62,444 bases of DNA from a virus (Duplodnaviria > Heunggongvirae > Uroviricota > Caudoviricetes): the IMG/VR virus record IMGVR_UViG_3300009702_000014, positions 1 to 62,444 of that record; one strand, given 5' to 3'. The first letter of the stretch is position 1. Each line of letters starts with the position of its first letter. Below, piece by piece: positions 60,069 to 62,444 of the stretch. The notes beneath the pieces are model-generated. The model was not told the DNA's origin and did no database searches. It saw nothing but the letters and a program-made list of their open reading frames with translations. The translations under genes and the position numbers were made by a program.

Positions 60069-60835
60069 CTAGATTATAATATTATCTAACGCTGGTCTTA
60101 ATGAAGTATCAGAAATCATAGCATCGAGAAATCTTTCTGCTTCGTTGATTTCTTCGCTCTCAAGGGTCACAAAAGGTGTAGCTGCTTCACGATGAATCCC
60201 TACATGAGTAATTCCAAAATAACCAGTGTCTAAGATGGGTTCCTTTCCTGTGAGCATACCATCATTCTTTCGATTCGTCAAGTATTCAACCAAGTCGTCG
60301 ACCGTAAAAATAAGCATATCTTCGGCGTCCATAGCATCCTTCCTTTCATAGTCATATCTTATCAGAAAGAAAGTGAGAAGGATGAGACTGTTTTCTCAGC
60401 CTCTTTTACTCTATTTTCAACCTCAGGAATATGTGGATAATGCCCACGTTGCTGATAGACCCAATAAAGCAAACCGTAATATCCAAACCTCCTTACAAGG
60501 TTAAAAACTTCGTCATATTTTTCTGTAGGAATTTCTTCTTTATCTGAGGAAGAATAATACCATGTGTCACTTAGATTAACATACCATTTATCATCCATAT
60601 GAAGAAACATATCTTCATATAATAGAAACATTGTTTCGGCCCTAGAAATTTCTAATTCGGCTTTGCGAAGAATTTCCCATAGAGCTTGGTAAACTTCTCT
60701 GCTTCCATCGTTCCAGCCCTTTTTGTAATCATCCCTTTCCTCATAATCAATTTCAGGATTACCCGTCTTTACAGCCTTAGGATAAATCCCAACATCAATT
60801 TGAAACAATTCATCTATGAGTTCCTGGTTTGTCAT
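60069..60835 (-). CDS. Two hypothetical proteins (60069-60332, 60362-60835)
   Basis: SD-led ORFs inside the tRNA cluster. Confidence 0.6.
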
Positions 60836-60855
60836 AAACAGCCTTTCACAAGACT

Positions 60856-60935
60856 TGGTAGGGGCGGTTGGAGTCGAACCAACGTGTGACCGGCTAACCT
60901 TTCAATCGGATATCAGCCGAAGGGTATACGCCCCT
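60856..60935 (-). ncRNA. Rearranged tRNA-like RNA 2 (anticodon-like GAT)
   Basis: Exactly colinear with 57730-57809; TCGG-CTGATAT-CCGA hairpin, TTGAAAG, T arm, A73-CCA. Confidence 0.78.
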
Positions 60936-60954
60936 GCGAAAAGCATTGCTTTGT

Positions 60955-61029
60955 TGGCTGCCCATCCAGGATTCGAACCTAGAAATACGGATTCAGAGTC
61001 CGCTGTTTTGCCAGTTAGACTAATGGGCA
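60955..61029 (-). tRNA. trnQ: tRNA-Gln(CTG)
   Basis: CGGA-CTCTGAA-TCCG, CCA. Confidence 0.9.
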
Positions 61030-61043
61030 ATGGGGTAGATACA

Positions 61044-61202
61044 CTAATAGTCGTCGCCTAATCTTTCCCGCTTGAATCGAATAGCTTCTTCCATTCCTCC
61101 CCAATTATCTACACCAGCCCGTCGTAAATCTCGAAGCCATTCAACTTTCTCTAAGAGTTCTTCATATTCCGCTTTGCGGATTGTCACAGTTTCTTCATCC
61201 AT
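61044..61202 (-). CDS. Small phage protein with GVDNW motif (52 aa)
   Basis: MDEETVTIRKAEYEELL...AGVDNWGG; SD AGAGG. Confidence 0.65.
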   Translation of the reverse strand: MDEETVTIRKAEYEELLEKVEWLRDLRRAGVDNWGGMEEAIRFKRERLGDDY

Positions 61203-61217
61203 AGCTAGACCTCTAGT

Positions 61218-61305
61218 TGGTGGGGACGGTGGGAATCGAACCCACACGGCCTCTCGGCCACTTGTTTTTGAAACAAGCATGTCTACCTAATTACATCACG
61301 TCCCC
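61218..61305 (-). tRNA. trnL: tRNA-Leu(CAA)
   Basis: CTTGT-TTCAAAA-ACAAG, long variable arm, CCA. Confidence 0.9.
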
Positions 61306-61323
61306 CGCACCCGTTGCAAGTGA

Positions 61324-61411
61324 TGGGGCCGAGGGTGGGATTCGAACCCACGAGAGGAATTACCCTACCGGTTTACAAGACCGGTGCTATCAACCGCTAA
61401 GCGACCTCGGC
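61324..61411 (-). tRNA. tRNA with Thr anticodon (TGT) but long variable arm and C73
   Basis: CCGGT-CTTGTAA-ACCGG; variable hairpin AGGG-TAATT-CCT; CCA. Confidence 0.8.
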
Positions 61412-61547
61412 ATGGCGCTGGCATTAGGCTTTTTACCGCTCCTATTTATCCGGCCCAGCTATGTCCGGTAGGAAGTTTCTCATTAAGGTAGTAGGTACCT
61501 ACTCACTTAACGATAAGTAATCATAACATAGATAAATATGAGAATTA

Positions 61548-61883
61548 TTAGGCAGTATATTTGCCTATTGTCTTTCCTGAATCATTTAGAAGGTAGGCGT
61601 AAGTATTAAAAATTACCTGTTGGACTGAACTATCCGTAAACCATAATTCTAGCAGATGAACTGTACGCTCGGATTCTTCCAGAGAAGTACCTAAATCATA
61701 ATTTGCGCCGTGGGCATCCCAAGCAGCTTGGTCTGAATTTTTGTCATATGGTTGGTTTCTGTCATATAGTCGATTATGTTCATCCATGTAGGCCAACCCA
61801 CGGTCTACGGCTTTACGAATATTATCATAATGTGTAAATTGCTCTATTTCGTTTGAAGAGCCTGTGTGTATCTTTAGTATCAT
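61548..61883 (-). CDS. Hypothetical protein (111 aa)
   Basis: ORF between tRNAs. Confidence 0.6.
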   Translation of the reverse strand: MILKIHTGSSNEIEQFTHYDNIRKAVDRGLAYMDEHNRLYDRNQPYDKNSDQAAWDAHGANYDLGTSLEESERTVHLLELWFTDSSVQQVIFNTYAYLLNDSGKTIGKYTA

Positions 61884-61920
61884 GTGTGTCTCCTGTGTGT
61901 GTATCTATCTATGTCATAAC

Positions 61921-61997
61921 TGGTCGCGGAGGTAGGACTCGAACCTACAACCTTACCTGTCCAGGAGGCATAATCTAGCCAATTGATATACTCCGCG
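61921..61997 (-). tRNA. trnP: tRNA-Pro(TGG), atypical loop CCTGGAC
   Basis: C1-G72, A73, CCA; C33. Confidence 0.72.
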
Positions 61998-62000
61998 ATA

Positions 62001-62073
62001 TCAGCGGTGTTGGAATCGAACCAACCTATATCTCCTATCCAACAGGAGCGACCCTCCTTGAGTCTGACCGCTG
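62001..62073 (-). tRNA. trnP: tRNA-Pro(TGG) without encoded CCA
   Basis: CAGCGGT/ACCGCTG-A, CTCCT-GTTGGAT-AGGAG, followed by TAT. Confidence 0.78.
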
Positions 62074-62074
62074 A

Positions 62075-62151
62075 TGGGGTAAATGAAGGGAATCGAACCC
62101 TCTACTCCCGAGTCACAGTCGGGTGCCTCAACCTTTTCGGCATCATTTACC
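62075..62151 (-). tRNA. trnH: tRNA-His(GTG)
   Basis: G-1:C73, CCCGA-CTGTGAC-TCGGG, CCA. Confidence 0.92.
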
Positions 62152-62156
62152 ATAAA

Positions 62157-62233
62157 TGGTGGCTCCCCTCGGAATCGAACCAAGTCCTTGAGTGCTTCAA
62201 ACCCACGTGCGTCACCAGATACACCTGAGAGCC
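62157..62233 (-). tRNA. trnF: tRNA-Phe(GAA)
   Basis: TGGGT-TTGAAGC-ACTCA, A73, CCA. Confidence 0.82.
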
Positions 62234-62444
62234 ATACTATTTAATCTTGGGAATTTGATTTGGCTTTATTTCATTCACTCTCCCGGCTCAACTCTAATTT
62301 CTCCCCGAACATTCGCGTAGGGAACGAATCTAAAGTTTAGGCCGCTATCATCCATCATAAGTGTAATCCCTGTAGGTACACCGTCGCGGATATCATAGCA
62401 TTCTATAACTCGTTCATGCGGCGCTTCGTTTTTAAGAGTGTAAG

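Noticed and set aside
60856-60935. YrlA/Y RNA
   Set aside because: The ends form a CCA acceptor stem rather than a Ro-binding stem, and the T arm is 3'-terminal as in tRNA; no Ro60 gene is seen
58961-62228. Plus-strand or overlapping ORFs such as 58961-59200, 59051-59374, 60816-61061, 61217-61471, 61983-62228
   Set aside because: They overlap tRNA genes and translate tRNA stems; not credible proteins
1-62444. Stop-codon recoding (alternative genetic code)
   Set aside because: Conserved genes are full length under the standard code, the breaks are explained by an intron or indels, and no suppressor tRNA (CTA/TTA/TCA) was found

Overview
This window is part of a large tailed dsDNA bacteriophage genome (Caudoviricetes, jumbo-phage-like gene content). 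1-16.4 kb (minus strand): tail-fibre/virion genes, a CCA-adding/HD tRNA nucleotidyltransferase with an extra N-terminal leader, a 1065-aa unknown, a portal gene split by a 1-nt frameshift, and a family A DNA polymerase interrupted by both a mini-intein and an ORF-less group I intron. 16.4-33.4 kb: mosaic accessory/structural region (SLOG, DenV-like, thermonuclease, DUF4874/4832 hydrolase, cREC receiver, lipoprotein, beta-rich tail proteins). 33.4-34.4 kb: non-coding T-rich tract plus a dense ATGAGA iteron-like array containing a perfect DnaA box (candidate origin or terminus). 34.4-49.3 kb: an early-gene-like array of small, mostly leaderless genes punctuated by 24 copies of a TGTGA-N6-TCAC palindrome. 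50.7-62.3 kb: RNA ligase, RNase H and about 18 tRNA genes, plus pseudo-tRNAs and several tRNA-like RNAs. The most striking of these are two colinear 80-nt RNAs in which the anticodon arm precedes a D-loop-like segment. All family assignments come from motif recognition by eye, not database searches. Leaderless genes suggest a Deinococcota or Actinomycetota host (inference).
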